Assembly: GCA_964016885.1 (NCBI GenBank)
Contig: OZ024743.1
Span: forward strand, 300,328,001 to 300,392,000
Length of the DNA stretch: 64,000 nucleotides
From: Eledone cirrhosa
Taxonomy: Eukaryota
Direction of reading: 5' to 3'
Shown: piece after piece, positions 26,771-42,524 of the stretch
Layout of the letters: each line of letters begins with the position of its first letter
How positions within the stretch are numbered: position 1 is the first letter of the stretch
The notes under the pieces: generated by a model
What the model was told of the DNA's origin: nothing
The model's input: the letters and a program-made list of their open reading frames with translations, nothing else
The model's database searches: none
Made by a program: the position numbers and the translations under genes

Positions 26771-29700
26771 TATATATAGATAGAGAGAGAGATATCTATG
26801 TGTGTGTGTTTAGTTATTTATATTCAAATATATATGTAAATGTGCACGTTAATATGCACGTAAATGTGCACATTAATATATACAATGATTCTGCATGACT
26901 ACATTAGCGTGTTGCACTAAACAAACATACACGCGCGCGCGCGTACGCGCACCCACGCACTTCAATGCAACCTAAGAGTTTGTGTCATGAAGTTTAAAAC
27001 TTGTGTTCTCTCCTTGACATTTTTTGTATCATCCTTGTTATTTGCATTTCTTTCTTTAGCGAACAAATTTATATTCTGTTAACGCGGAGTTATTCGTCCG
27101 ATGTATTTTAACTAAAATATGTATATACCTTTGATGTCATTCGCGTTCTCTTTTATGATATTTTAATTTTGGATCAATCTTTTCTATAATATGCTCCCTT
27201 TCTCCTAAAGTATAAAATATATGTGGATTATGTCATTTTACTGGATGTAATGTGAAGACTCTATTGAATTTTTCTACAAATGCGTCTACGAAAGTGATCG
27301 TGTATTCCTTATAAATACGTTTTTTATTTAGTCTTGTTATTTCCTCCTTTAATATTTGTTTTGTGGATGAAAATCTTAAGTCCTCACATCTGAAACCATT
27401 TGGTTAGAAATTGTCTTTACCTGTGGTGAAAACCAAGATCGCTAAGACTATAAATCATTTTGAGTTACATCATATATGAGTTACATCTTATTTCTACATG
27501 ACTATCCAAAATGCTTTGGTTTACATATATGGCATAACTCAGATGAACAGCGAATATGATCATATAGATAAGTATTGGCATCTCCTGTACGATTGTTCCC
27601 CACGCAATCAAAACCAATCAAGATTATAAAAGCAAGTTTGTACACTATGTATCGAATCCCGTGTAGCAATGTTTTATACCATTAAAGAAACGATTAACAA
27701 TGATGTTAAACCATGTGGCGCTTACGTTTGTTAACTCCTTAATAGAATATAATAGAAAGTAAATATATTGCTGAAGCCTTGTTAAGAGACATGTGCTATC
27801 AACAATTAAGTAAAAGTATATATGTAAATAGTTAATGTACGCATGGTTAATATCTCCTGATGGGTTTTTAGGGGCACCGTTACAAACTTATGTGCCATGG
27901 ACACTTTAATCTTACCGGATGCCCTCCCCTCTCCCGGTTAGAGCACGGCCTATTTCTACCTGAGAAGAAATGAACGTTTGAAAGAAAAGAGTATTCGATA
28001 TTTTTTCGTTATCCTACACGTCTACCGTACAGAAGACGAATGTGACCTCAAGGGGATTTGAATTTTGAGAGCACACAGCGCTTGTAAAACATCTATCCGA
28101 CGTTCTACAGCCTATGCCATTTTGCTATATATGGATAATATACTTGTTAATAAATAATAATAACAAAGCTTGCCATATTCAAATGCAAGAAATACTTAAA
28201 TTATTTTGTCTACCAATTGCCAATTGTTCGGACGTATATTAGAGTTGTCTGAATGGCTGAAGGTTGAAGTAGTATCGTTTGTAGACGTTGGTATTGATGC
28301 ATGCCCAAAAGAAGAAATCAGAAACGTAATTTACGAAATGTAATGCAGCGTACCATCCAGCAGTCAGCTGAATATTATTTTATATTTGCACTCTAGATCC
28401 TTGCCAAACGAGACCGTGTGTTATCGTGCTGAAAAACGTTCATGCCAAACGATATAAGAAGTACAGAATAGAAGAGATATTTTAACATCTGGTTTTATCG
28501 ATTAGAATTTGATGTATCTAATATCAGGAGAACTGTGAATGACAGCGCAAACACACACACCAGGATTAGACACACACTGTGTTACAGTCTCAAAAGGTTT
28601 ATCTCAAACATAAATCTAATTTTGTGTTGCATATTCACTCCATCGATTTAACGAAAACCATTATAAGAAATAGCAACTTCTCACCACAAGATCAGGGTCC
28701 ATAAACAAAAGCTTATTTATTTAATCTTATCAGATTAAATGTAATTAACATGAATTTAAATCATTTTCAATTTATTGCGATGACATTGGACTCATCCAAT
28801 TCAGATGAATCGGACCTAAGAAAGAAATTGTTCCCAAGTTTGAGGTACATGCTAAATATTTTCTCCGCTACTAGCTCGTACCCGGTGATCTCAATACAAA
28901 TTATTTCTACTGTGATATGATAAATAAATTTACATTCCACGTATTGTCATTGATTTCATGAACATCCTGCGTTGTGTATCTTCAAAATGTATATTTGCAT
29001 AATCTGTCAGAGACATACTGTTTTTTATTCAAATAATCAGAGGTCGCTACATATTTAGGAGAAGAAAATAAATAGTTGTCTATATGCATTTTATATGGAC
29101 ATTAGTGGCGAAAGTGAAATCAATTGTCACCAAAGTAGGATTAAAACATCATTGCAGTCACATTGGCGTGACAGGCTATAAATATAACATAACATATTAA
29201 TGTATTTGATCATAAAATCGCAGTTAATTTATACGTGTTATTGAATTAATCCCAATATATAGACGGTATTCGTTTTTACAAACCTCTGTTTGAAGAAAAA
29301 TGAAGTTGACCATAGCGTTGCATTTCCTCTCGAGGACAATATAAACTATGTATCATAATATCTAGGCCGATATTTCAGTAATTCTATCACACCCATGCCG
29401 TAAGAAATTATCTATATTATCCATGGATACTTAAGAACAGCTACCTAAATTTGTAGAATGTAAACAATAGATTATAGCAAAGCAATACAAGGCTATATTT
29501 TAGCAGCAGCAGAAGGTTAAAAGGCAAAGTTTAATACGGTGGTATTTGACTTCAGAATGTAATCGGAGTTTTCTAAATTTTATTAAGTTTGTTAAAGTTA
29601 TAACATTAATATCATTACACCTGATGCTAAGCTTTTCAGGCGTGGTGCATGGACTATTTTAATGACAGAATTTTGTGGCAAATAGAATGATAGACGATTT

Positions 29701-31258
29701 CATCTACAACTTCCAGAATGCCTTTCACATATTTTTTACTATATCGGTAAAAATAGATTAATGTATTTTTAATCGTTCACATCCCAAACTGCACCTACCG
29801 TATTGATACTATCCTGGCACGTTAGACATTGAACTATGTTTTCAAATAATTGAAAATTCGTTTTACGCCAACTCACTTGGTAACCCACTTTTGTATTTAA
29901 CAATGTAAACTGAAACAAAATAGAAAATATTCTTACGTGTAGACATAAAACAATATTCACAACACATTATTTGAAACCAAATATAGATAAACTAATCAAT
30001 TGCTGAAATGATTACTTGTTATCGTTCAGTATAAATTCAAATACCTAGAAACAATTTTCGTCGGAGAATCATACTTCCGGAAAAATTCGTCTGACGGAAG
30101 CTGTCTGAACTCGCGGAAATAATATTGGTGAAGGAAACTTGGCAGCCGGAAATACAACTACCGGAAAGAGGCTGATTAACTGAAATAAATGTGACAATAT
30201 ATCACTGTCACCGAATATCAGACTCTTTGGCATCGACATATATCTGTTGGTAGAGTTAGAGTTAACAGAACTTCTAGAACTGGCATGTGATTAAACCTGC
30301 CTGGCTATCGCAAATAAGGTTATTGAATAAAAGTTGAGTTCAGGAAATAACATTTTCGCGAGATCGGTATGATTATATTAGTGAAAGTCACTTGGTTTAC
30401 AGAAAAATGAAATATTAGAATAATGAACGAATTATGGAGAGGTAGGAACAATCTAATATTTTCTTCAGGAAATGTACGTATAAACCTATCTCGTTTGTGA
30501 ATATTATTAAAAAGAATATTAAACAAATGGTAAATAGCTATTTCTTGTACAATATATTTTCATGCGATATTTCCCCTGAATATACATTTCACTTCACACG
30601 ATTAATCATAATATTTTACTCCCAGGTACGATAGCCTTGTACAAAAAACACGTATTTTTTTAGTGTTAATTTTGACAAATTAAATAACGAGAACTCGAAT
30701 ACTAATGTATAAATAGGAAACAGTTGAATTGGTTCTTGTGAAGATAATACTGGAGCATGACAAATAGTACACTCTCAGTATACATCAGGTACGCTATTAT
30801 ATAATTACTTGATAATAATAATATAATACAGCTCACTAAAAATACATATTATACACTCACTTCCCAATGAAAATAACAAAAAGCACTGCCCTAGATAGAC
30901 GTAGATTCTACATACTTTCAACATAGTAGTGTAATGTAAACCATATATCACATTTCCTAAACAATCATGCCGAGGTACTAACATATATAACACCACTCAA
31001 GCATCATAATATTACACAACTCACAATGCACATATTCTACGAAACAAGATAAAAACACAGAATATCCGTAGAAATAATAATCCAAATCCTTCAATAAATC
31101 AAAACAAAAGCAGTCTTTTTCAGGCGAAAAAAAAACAAACTCTGAACTAAGAAACACTGCAGTATTCCTGGAGATATACACTCGAAATAAGAATTATAAT
31201 TGGTCCGTGTAACTAATTTCGGAAATCCTTAGCCAATCTACTCTCGATACATAATATT

Positions 31259-31359
31259 AATTATTTCTACTTTTGGCACAAGGCCGGCAATTATCCCAGT
31301 GCATTACTGGTATTTTATTTTATCGACCTCGTAAGGATGAAAGGCCAAGTTAACCTCAA
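31259..31359 (-). mobile_element. Same SINE, 3' half only
   Basis: tttctactttttggcacaaggcc...tatcgacctcgtaaggatgaaagg. Confidence 0.8.
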
Positions 31360-32663
31360 TACATAATAATAATAAAACAGATTCATTGCTAGCAATTTAA
31401 CTGTTTTTTATTTCTTAATAAATTGATGCAAAAAATTAGGCGGACATGGTGAAAATGTCCTTGATATTTCTGCATCCACTATAAATTGCTATCAGGCATA
31501 TGCATATTCTTCTACGTTTACGGAAAATGATTACACTATTAAGAAAGTCATACGCCAACCAAGTCACATTTTATAATACAGGTATGACATTTTGGTTTTA
31601 TTTTAACAAATGGCTTCCTGCAAGTATCGTTACACATTACTTTGCATGGAAACCAAATCGGGGATCTGTTAAAGAAATGTTACATTGTTTTAAAATGTAC
31701 CGCAAAGAATATAATAGAAATATGGTATTTTCATTCTTGTAACATAAAAAAAAAATAATAATAGATTTGTTCAGGTCTAATGTGTAATTGAAATATTAAA
31801 CTTGACAATGCATGGAATTTCAGAGAATTTCTGAATTTGCGCAAATACTGAAGGCAAAGGAATTCCAATTTAATTGATGCTTGTACGTCATTCACCCTCT
31901 ATATGAAAACTTTTGCTTTTCTTGCATGGTTATTTAATATTATTTTTTCTTCTGAAATGCCGTTTCCTTTAACATAATCCCAAATTTTGATAGAGCATCT
32001 CATCAGCCTGATGAATATTGAGTCAGTATAACATTAACTAGTTATATGAAACTGATTAACAATTTATATCAATGCTGAGTTCGGTTCTATGTTATCAAAA
32101 TCTGTTTCAATTTTTCGAAATAAAATTGATGACAATTTTTGTAGGAGCTAACACTTGTAAAAAATCAACTTTAAGGTTTTCAATTACTTGTATCAATTTA
32201 TAGTTAAATATTTGCAGAGGAACTGGAAATCGTTCGACATTCGTCCGACGTGTAATCATCTGTAACCTTACATTTTAATAACATATCTTATAATATTCTT
32301 CCTACTTGTTGCTTGTAGAATACGTTTCATCTGATATAATTTCAAAGTACAGTGCTTGCATCGTTGTAAATGATTTTCAGAACATGTTATGATTACTTTA
32401 TTAGCGTTAATACTTTCCTCATACTTTCAAAGAGCCTTGGTCGAATATCGAAATGGACAGTACGATATTTCTAAAGAAATTATTCTATCCCAGTATATAT
32501 AGGCGGGAAACTTAAAATGATACTCATATGTTGTGATGAAGATGGTTCAAGGTTGTGGAGAGGGTTTTCCATATATTTATGACGTGGTTAATGAAATGGT
32601 CAGATCATTAATTATGCCAAGTTTACCTATTCATTCTCTGACATGGAGGTAGTCATTATGTAG

Positions 32664-33330
32664 CAACGTTACCCAACAACCAGGCCAAGGACCAGTACCG
32701 GGCCTGCCTTGGACGATTTCGTACAAGGCCGCCCAGAAATAATGCATTATTTTCCTATTTTATTTATTATCGTGGTCGCTGCATGTTTTATTTTGACCAA
32801 AGAGCACTTCCATTCGTGCGTCCTTTTCAGAGTTTTCCAGTCTCAATAAAACTTCCAGGAGACCTTTGAAAAATGAAAAAGATCCAATGAGGAGAAGGCA
32901 GAAGAATCCTTGACAGCTAAAAAGAAAAGAAAGCTGTCTTTAAAATAAAATACCAAAGGACCTACTTAAATTACGTGTTCATCGCAAAAGGTGATTCACA
33001 TGTTGCAAGCCCGCTGTGTTTAAGGTGTCACGACAGGCTATCCAAATAAGTCAGGGAGCCTTGGAAACAGCTTTGTCCCACATAGACCAATCAACGTGCT
33101 TTAAAATACGAGCTTTTGGAGTTTTTTCTGGAAGATTTCGGGGTGAAAGGACAGTCACGTCTACAGTACAAATTCCACAATTAAATTAATAATAAAATTA
33201 TATATTATACAATTTATTGTTTATTGTGTTTTGTTATGCACGTTAGCGAAACTGACCCCTCACTCTCGGTCCGTGGAGAATCTGTCTTGCATGACACCGG
33301 TCCATGGCGCATAAATGTGGCAGATTGCTG
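32664..33330 (+). mobile_element. hAT (Charlie/MER1-type) internally deleted DNA transposon
   Basis: A decayed N-terminal transposase segment, KKRKA..Y..YLNYVFIAKGDSH..SPLC..C.DRLS...EFF. MER1-like ends (ggtccgtggagaatctgtcttgcatgacaccggtcc...ctg). Confidence 0.75.
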
Positions 33331-34199
33331 ATAAAAATAATGAGCTTAAGTCAGGATCCTTCTGTGATTCAGTTGTTCTATAAAAGGAATATTCTTCACT
33401 GGTAATTAACGAGTAAAATTAGATGAGAATAATAATAAAAATCTTGGCTAAATATTTCGCAGAAACGTGTACATATAACGAAATTCTAAAATGGATTTAT
33501 TTGTGACATAGTGCATGACAAGATTGGCTATGTAAATAACAGAAAGAACCAAACTGAAGGACTTCCAAATATGATTTCCCATATCCAATTTTACTTATGT
33601 TTGGATCAACACTGGGTAAATTATAATTGCCGAACAAAACTCTTAACCACTCTATCATACTTATAAATTTCGGGGTGAATATAATGCGACTCATGAAATA
33701 TTTTCTAGTATACAATAAATAACACCATTATCGTGTATATCCGAGGATGAAACTCTCAGTGTACATCGGGTGCTAAATGTTTGCTAAGGGAAATTAACAA
33801 GTACACCTTCATTCTCGCGTGCATGTTACACACACATACACGCACACACACACGCAGATGCATTCACGCACACGCATTCACATACACATTGCACATAAAC
33901 ACACAAACTCCTGAACATTCTCAAATCGCATTAGTACTCAATGCTCAAAGTGATGCGGAATAACTCTATCTATGAATCTCAGAGTTGTCTTGTGTGCGGA
34001 TTTCGCTGAGGTGGATGCACAAACAATAAGAAAATATGGTTATGAACAATATGAGTGCAGGAGAATATATCAGATCATTTTACTGCATAATAATATGGAG
34101 TAGTGTCTCACATATGGGAAACAGCGAGTTGAAATACTTCAAACGACCAAGGTAATTTAAGTAAGTAGTCCTCAGCCCTACTGGAATATTTGAAATATA

Positions 34200-34394
34200 C
34201 GAGGTAGGCTGAAAAGTGTATAGGCTGACTATGAAGGAGTGATACTAGAGCTGTGAAATCTCGCATGCATTAATTTCAACTCTTCTTATTAATAACTGCA
34301 TTGCTATTTCCATGGACTATTTTGAAAAATAAAACCCTACTGGTCATTCCATGAGAATATCTTGCTCACCCTATGACATTTTCTGAAATATTCG
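34200..34394. mobile_element. Mariner-type MITE (~200 bp); further copies at ~55010-55178 and ~56890-57090
   Basis: TA|CGAGG..GGCTGAAAAGT-type TIR with TA flanks. The three copies align by eye. Confidence 0.7.
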
Positions 34395-35336
34395 TAAAAA
34401 AATGAGAAATAAGGGGAAGTACTACAGTAACATGTTAATCAGATGTTTGGACAATATTAAGGAAATCATTTGGTATATCGATGTCAAAAACGAAGTAGTA
34501 AATGGATCAAATATGTTATTAGAGTTTGCGAGAAACAACTATTGTACTCAGTTTGTAAGTATAACCAAGGATCCCTAACAGATGATCTCAATAGAATTAC
34601 CTCTTTCTTTCTGGATTAGTACAACAAAATACAAGAAATATTTTTTGTATATGTGCTTCGATAATCTCAATTGATTGACGAGTATTAGCTCAGTTTATAA
34701 GATAACCTGATGTGATTGTATTTAGTGTTCAGAAAGTTTTCCTGAATTATGTTCCCCTGATATTCATAATCTGTTTCACTATATTTCCATACTTCTATAT
34801 ATACATATCCCTCTTATCCTTGCCAATTATATACAACATGATACACCGAAGATGTGTTATTAAACCGAAACAGGTCCAATCAATTTCTGATGCACCACAG
34901 ACTGCATGGCATCGGAAAAAAAGTGTTGGATTAATTCTACTTTCTTTTATTTTATAGATTTTAAAAAACAATACCGGAAGAATTTGTGTATTGCTTAAAT
35001 TATCTTTGTAGATCAACATGTCCAACTCATGTTTCGCTTGACACTACATTTTTTGTATTACGTCACTACAGAGATGTTCGATTAAGTATGATGATCATTT
35101 ATAAGAGGGGTTATACGTACATTTTGTGTGACAAATGATAGGCATAAACACATCATCCAACTGAAGAAAATTGTGGACACAACTGTTTTTTATATTATAC
35201 TTGACCACCCGTAACCCACTTGGTCACGTTCGCTTAAAAATATTTTTTAAATAATTAAAATATACACAGACGTGCATATAAGGTTAAATGAAATTGGAAG
35301 GCCCATATATATGTATATACATACACACACACAAGC

Positions 35337-36185
<849 letters not shown>

Positions 36186-36439
36186 GGCATATACACACGC
36201 ATATACATACACATACATATGTACATGTGTATATACATATTTACACAGTTTTGGATGGCCGTTGACTCTTATGAGTTCTTCCGCCCTTTGTCACGTTTTG
36301 GTTTTTGTACTGCAGGGTGTCCTAAATCACCCTCCTCACCAAGTAAACTTGGTGGGGTTGCCAGTTTAGTCACCGACGACCCGACCACGTTACAGGTTGT
36401 ACTGGTGTACATGTAACCAGTAGCACTCAAGAGTGACCT

Positions 36440-36623
<184 letters not shown>

Positions 36624-36711
36624 TATGTGCGTGTGTGTGAGTATATATTTATATAAATATATGTGGGTGTCTATAAATTATATGCACTGGTCAGACACAC
36701 ACACACATGTC

Positions 36712-36763
<52 letters not shown>

Positions 36764-36929
36764 TATATGCATATACACACACATATATACATACGCACAC
36801 TTAGAATCCCTTCCAATTTAGCAGAAAGTATTAGCTACACACACTGTACTAACACAAATTATATGATATATATGACTTAATATTCAGTCACCAAATTCGA
36901 GCTAAATGCAGTAATGTGCTGTATTCGAC

Positions 36930-36962
<33 letters not shown>

Positions 36963-38563
36963 ATTGATTTTCCTTCACTGCCTCCTTCTCTCTCACCCGC
37001 TCTCTCTCTATGTCTTTCCTTCAATTTACTCTCTCACCACCACTATCTCTTTCTCTCTACCCTTCTCTCTATTTAAGAAGTACCCGGAACAAAAACCCTA
37101 TCTCGGGAAGCAGTGCTCCGATTTACGCGAACTTTTTTTCATTCCATTTGTCGTCCAATTTCAGGGGCAACTTCCTTTCAAAGAATATTCCGATTATGCG
37201 CTGTTTTAACTGTATTAAATCACAGACACGCTCACAATCTCAAAGTTTTAGTCGTATATAGATACATATATTCATGTTTTTCAAGCATTATGTAAATATT
37301 GAGTGTAATCAAGTTGTCCGAAATATTGTCATAAGAGGAATCACATTGAGCTGCTCGCACTTGAGCAAAAGGTATGAAAACCTAAACATCCCAGTGGGGA
37401 ATTTTGTGAAGTTAAATGTTGTGCACTGTGTGTATATAGACGATCGGCCTAAATTACCTAGCTGCATATATGAGCAACAGAGCAAAATACAGGATCAACT
37501 ATAAACTGGTTGATGCTCTTTTTATTTGAGGTCATTTATCGAAATAGATTCGTTAATATTTTTCAGAGATGTTCTTATTTTGCCAATCAGATTTGTCTCA
37601 TATATTTCAATGCTTTAGAGAAATCAGCTGAAAAAGAAACCAATATTTCTACTTTTATGTAATTTCCAATTTAAGATAAAATATTCTTCAGCTATTTAAT
37701 ATAATTGCAAATCTAACATATACAATACTTATTGTAACATGTGCTTTTCTATTATTTATGTTCATAGGATATTCATTTCGTCTCTTTTCATTTATTTTAG
37801 TTCATAGAGTGATAATATCTATAACCATATTTTAGAACAAAAATTGATATATAGTTATTCCACCTTTGAATTTCAGTGATAATAAGCTATAACCAGAATA
37901 CAATACTCTGTGTTTCCCCTCTACATGGCATAGCAGGTTATATATTCCTCCATTAATCTTTTAGAGTCCTGTCGAAGCACTTCTAAAGAAATGTACAAAA
38001 TAAAACGTAAAACACTGGAAAAATCAAAAAGAGAAAACAAACAAATAATATAGTTTCATTCAATTATTGATTCGAAATATATATTTAAGCATCGGTGAAG
38101 CTTCTGATAAAATCAATATTTAATTCATAATCAAATGTGGGGCCCATTTTAATGGTGAAGATATTTATGCATATAAATATATTTATAAATATATATATGT
38201 ATATCTAGATTGCTTCTTTCTCTCAGTTAGAGGCGAACGAATATATTCGTTTGATAACTTCAATGGACCTATTTGAATATACAGAATATATACGTGATGG
38301 TAGAGAGAAAGTTGCTTGAAAATGATTTCCTTATTGGAAAACATATAATTTATCATTTCATCAATCAATCATTTCGCTCTCTATGTGTGCTTATGGGTGT
38401 GTATGTGATATTTGTTTAAATGTGTAGCTCAGCGTATACTATTTAAAGTGTTATACATAGAAACACACATGTGCATATAACACAAACACAAGCACACAAA
38501 AAGTACAGACACAAACACACACATATATATATATAATATGCATCTGTGTATATGTAAATGCAT

Positions 38564-38611
<48 letters not shown>

Positions 38612-38780
38612 TATGTATGTTTATATATATGTATATATATATATATATATATGTATATATAGATATATATACGTATTTACATACATATCATATGCATACA
38701 TATGTATATGTATATATATGCATTTATGTGTATATATATATGTATATGTATTTATACACACACACACAGAGAAACACACG

Positions 38781-38821
<41 letters not shown>

Positions 38822-38829
38822 ACATATAT

Positions 38830-39277
38830 AATAAAATAATAATACAAGGACGAATGGTTAAGCCTTCATTACTTTTATTGGATTCTGTCATTATTACAAC
38901 AGAGTTGCGATGAGCCTTTGATGCCAGTGTCGAGCCTGATCGATACAGATCGAACTGTGAGCTGATCAATAGCGAAACGCGCAATACCAACCAATAAACG
39001 TAATGAAGGATTAGAGGGTCGGACGCCATGCCTTGCCGCATAGAGTTACGGCACTTTCCATTCTGAGTTCAAATACCGCCGAAGTTAACTTTGCCTTTCA
39101 TCCTTACGGGGTCGATAAAATGAAGTACCAGTAATACACTGGCTAACTGCTGGCCTTGTGACAAAGGTAGAAACAATTATTATATTACACTCTCTAACTT
39201 TACACCTCGATAATGACGTGAACCTAAACACCGAATGCTAACCTGCATGAACCTACAGTAACTTCGCGTTACATTCC

Positions 39278-39280
<3 letters not shown>
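38830..39280. mobile_element. Mini-element related to the 3021-6138 terminus, split by a SINE
   Basis: Shares acaaggacga..ggtta, gatcgatacagatcg, accaataaa.gtaat and the tail tacacctcga...cctaaaca.cga.tgct with 5945-6125. Confidence 0.7.
39011..39180 (+). mobile_element. Same SINE
   Basis: gagttcaaataccgccgaagttaactttgcctttcatccttacggggtcgataaaatgaagtacc. Confidence 0.88.
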
Positions 39281-39335
<55 letters not shown>

Positions 39336-39427
39336 TTATATATATATAACGAAGGAAGTGTGGTAAGGAACCAGATGGACCATAACGCAGGGAGTCCAGA
39401 AATAGCCGTCGAAACGGCTTGAGCTCT

Positions 39428-39470
<43 letters not shown>

Positions 39471-39474
<4 letters not shown>

Positions 39475-41381
39475 AATATAAATTAGCTAGAATCGTATTT
39501 CGGCTATTGGAAATTAGCGAAAAACAACTTCCGAGATGTGTCGCAAGCGCTCAAAAGATTCTAACAAACCAGAGCTACAACATACGTTAAAAGGCCAAAA
39601 CAGACTAAGACGATGGTTAAACCATTATCCGCACAGCCATAGAAACGACCAAGTAATTCGGGTCAAACAAATAAAACAATGATTGAAAAATTTACCCGGA
39701 CCCCTGGATGGTTGGTGAAAGTACAGCATTTGGGCTTCTGCGACTCCTAAATTAAGTACTGTCCGCTTAGACAAATAATGTTAAGCCTTTGGTAAGATGA
39801 TTGAACAAGGAAGTCACTTTCTCAACAGGTTTTAGTTCAAGTGCCAGGTCAAGGATTGACCGTTACCAATACCCACATGGGGCTGGGCAAGGGAGGCAAC
39901 CCTTATTTTTGGCGGATGAATTCAGTATGTGTGCAAAATTGCAAAATATCACAAAACGAATTAAGTTCTCAACAGAATGGTTTTAAAGTTAACAAAAGCT
40001 ATTCATCAGTCAATAGAATCAAGTAAAAAAATCAAGAAAATTAACTGGTCAATAGCTAGACTCTGGACATTAATACAAATATAATTTGCGAGAATCGTAT
40101 TTTGGCTATTGGAAATTAGCGAAAAACAACTTGCGGGATGTATGACAAGCGCTCAAAAGATTCTAACAAACCAGAGCTACAGCATACGTTAAAATGCCAA
40201 AACACACTGAGACGATGGTTAAACCATTATCCGCACAGCCATAGAAACGATCAAGTAATTCGTGTCAAACAAATAAAACAATGATTGAAAAATTTACCCG
40301 GACCCCTGGATGGTTGGTGAAAGTACAGCATTTGGGCTTCTGCGACTCCTAAATTAAGTACTGTCCGCTTAGACAAATAATGTTAAGCCTTTGGTAAGAT
40401 GATTGAACAAGGAAGTCACTTTCTCAACAGGTTTTAGTTCAAGTGCCAGGTCAAGGATTGACCGTTACCAATACCCACATGGGGCTCGGCAAGGGAGGCA
40501 ACCCTTATTTTTGGCGGATGAATTCAGTATGTGTGCAAAATTGCAAAATATCACAAAACGAATTAAGTTCTCAACAGAATGGTTTTAAAGTTAACAAAAG
40601 CTATTCATCAGTCAATAGAATCAAGTAAAAAAATCAAGAAAATTAACTGGTCAATAGCTAGACTCTGGACATTAATACAAATATAATTTGCGAGAATCGT
40701 ATTTTGGCTATTGGAAATTAGCGAAAAACAACTTGCGGGATGTATGACAAGCGCTCAAAAGATTCTAACAAACCAGAGCTACAGCATACGTTAAAATGCC
40801 AAAACACACGGAGACGATGGTTAAACCATTATCCGCACAGCCATAGAAACGATCAAGTAATTCGGGTCAAACAAATAAAACAATGATTGAAAAATTTACC
40901 CGGACCCCTGGATGGTTGGTGAAAGTCCAGCATTTGGGCTTCTGCGACTCCTAAATTAAGTACTGTCCGCTTAGACAAATAATGTTAAGCCTTTGGTAAG
41001 ATGATTGAACAAGGAAGTCACTTTCTTAACAGGTTTTAGTTCAAGTGCCAGGTCAAGGATTGACCGTTACCAATACCCACATGGGGCTCGGCAAGGGAGG
41101 CAACCCTTATTTTTGGCGGATGAATTCAGTATGTGTGCAAAATTGCAAAATATCACAAAACGAATTAAGTTCTCAACAGAATGGTTTTAAAGTTAACAAA
41201 AGCTATTCATCAGTCAATAGAATCAACTAAAAAAATCAAGAAAATTAACTGGTCAATAGCTAGACTCTGGAGATTAATACAAATAGATGATAAAACAAAG
41301 AAGGCACTTTCTCAACAGGTTTTAGTTCAAGTGCCAGGCCAAGGATTGACCGTTACCAATACCCACGTGGGGCTCGGCAAG
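39471..41381. repeat. Three tandem copies plus a ~95-bp internal fragment of a 602-bp structured non-coding unit
   Basis: TACCCGGACCC occurs at 39693, 40295 and 40897. (TA)n lies on both sides. Confidence 0.95.
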
Positions 41382-41409
<28 letters not shown>

Positions 41410-41412
<3 letters not shown>

Positions 41413-42170
41413 GTATATATATAAAATTTAGTATGTGTGTGTATGTGTGTCTGTGTATTATATATAGGGGCCTACATCTTACGACTAATGTTCATGAAAC
41501 TTTACAGGCTCATAGATTAGTCATCGGGGAATGTCTTCTATATACAAGCGTATCTTTTTTTTTTATTCCGGGGTCCTTCTGCCGATAAACATCGATAGGG
41601 GCGGTCACCTTTTTTAGGTATCGAAAAATAAGATGTTTGGCTCTAGCTCCCAAGTTTTGTTGCCGATTTCGTTCAAATTTTAAAGCAAGATAGAATTTAT
41701 CATTTGCCATCTTGGAATGCCTTTATATTTTGGATTTGTTGCTGAGGGACGGCGAGGCAGCCGCTTAAATATTCAAAAATAACACTTTTAGACTCAAATT
41801 TCCACTTTTTCGGATATAGCTCCCACATTAATCAACCTACTTTGTTCAAAATTTACACTACTCTAGCTATGATTATTTCACGTCTTACCGTCTCTTTACA
41901 TTTTGGATTTTTTGTTCACAAAATTTGTTGCTGAGGGACGGCGAGGCAGCCGCTTAAATATTCGAAAATACCATCTTTACGCTCAAATTTCCGCCTTTTC
42001 GGCTCTAGCTCCCATATTTTCCAACCAATTTCGTTCAATTTCGAAACTTCGGCTCCACCTCACACAAATCAATTTATTTGGTTCAACTTTTATACTACAA
42101 TAGAACGTATGATTGCACATCTTATAGTAGCCTTACACTTTACATTTTTTGTACCGGGACGGCGACCTAT
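41410..42170 (+). mobile_element. Possible Helitron-type fragment with ~190-bp internal repeats
   Basis: TCTGTATATATATAAAA start. tttgttgctgagggacggcgaggcagccgcttaaatattc is duplicated at ~41735 and ~41923. No 3' terminus was seen. Confidence 0.45.
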
Positions 42171-42415
42171 CATTAACGTTTCTCAGTGGTAGAGGTCATC
42201 ACCGCCCTCCCCCGCATGGCCTGTGTGTGGCCATAGATGTCTCTTCGAGAAGCAACCGCTAAGATCAACACATTCTCATCAAAGCAGATATTATTTTACC
42301 TACCCAGGCAACGCTGAGTACTGCTGCTGGCATATCATAATATAAAAGAAGGCTGGACTGGTGTAATTCCTTGAAAGGTTTATCATACTATGAACCAACA
42401 AATCAAAATAAATAA

Positions 42416-42518
<103 letters not shown>

Positions 42519-42524
42519 CATATT

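Noticed and set aside
39801-41230. Repeated 61-aa ORFs in the 602-bp units, or a rolling-circle ORF
   Set aside because: The homologous frames in the 615-bp unit are interrupted or shifted. Substitutions fit base-pairing better than codon structure.
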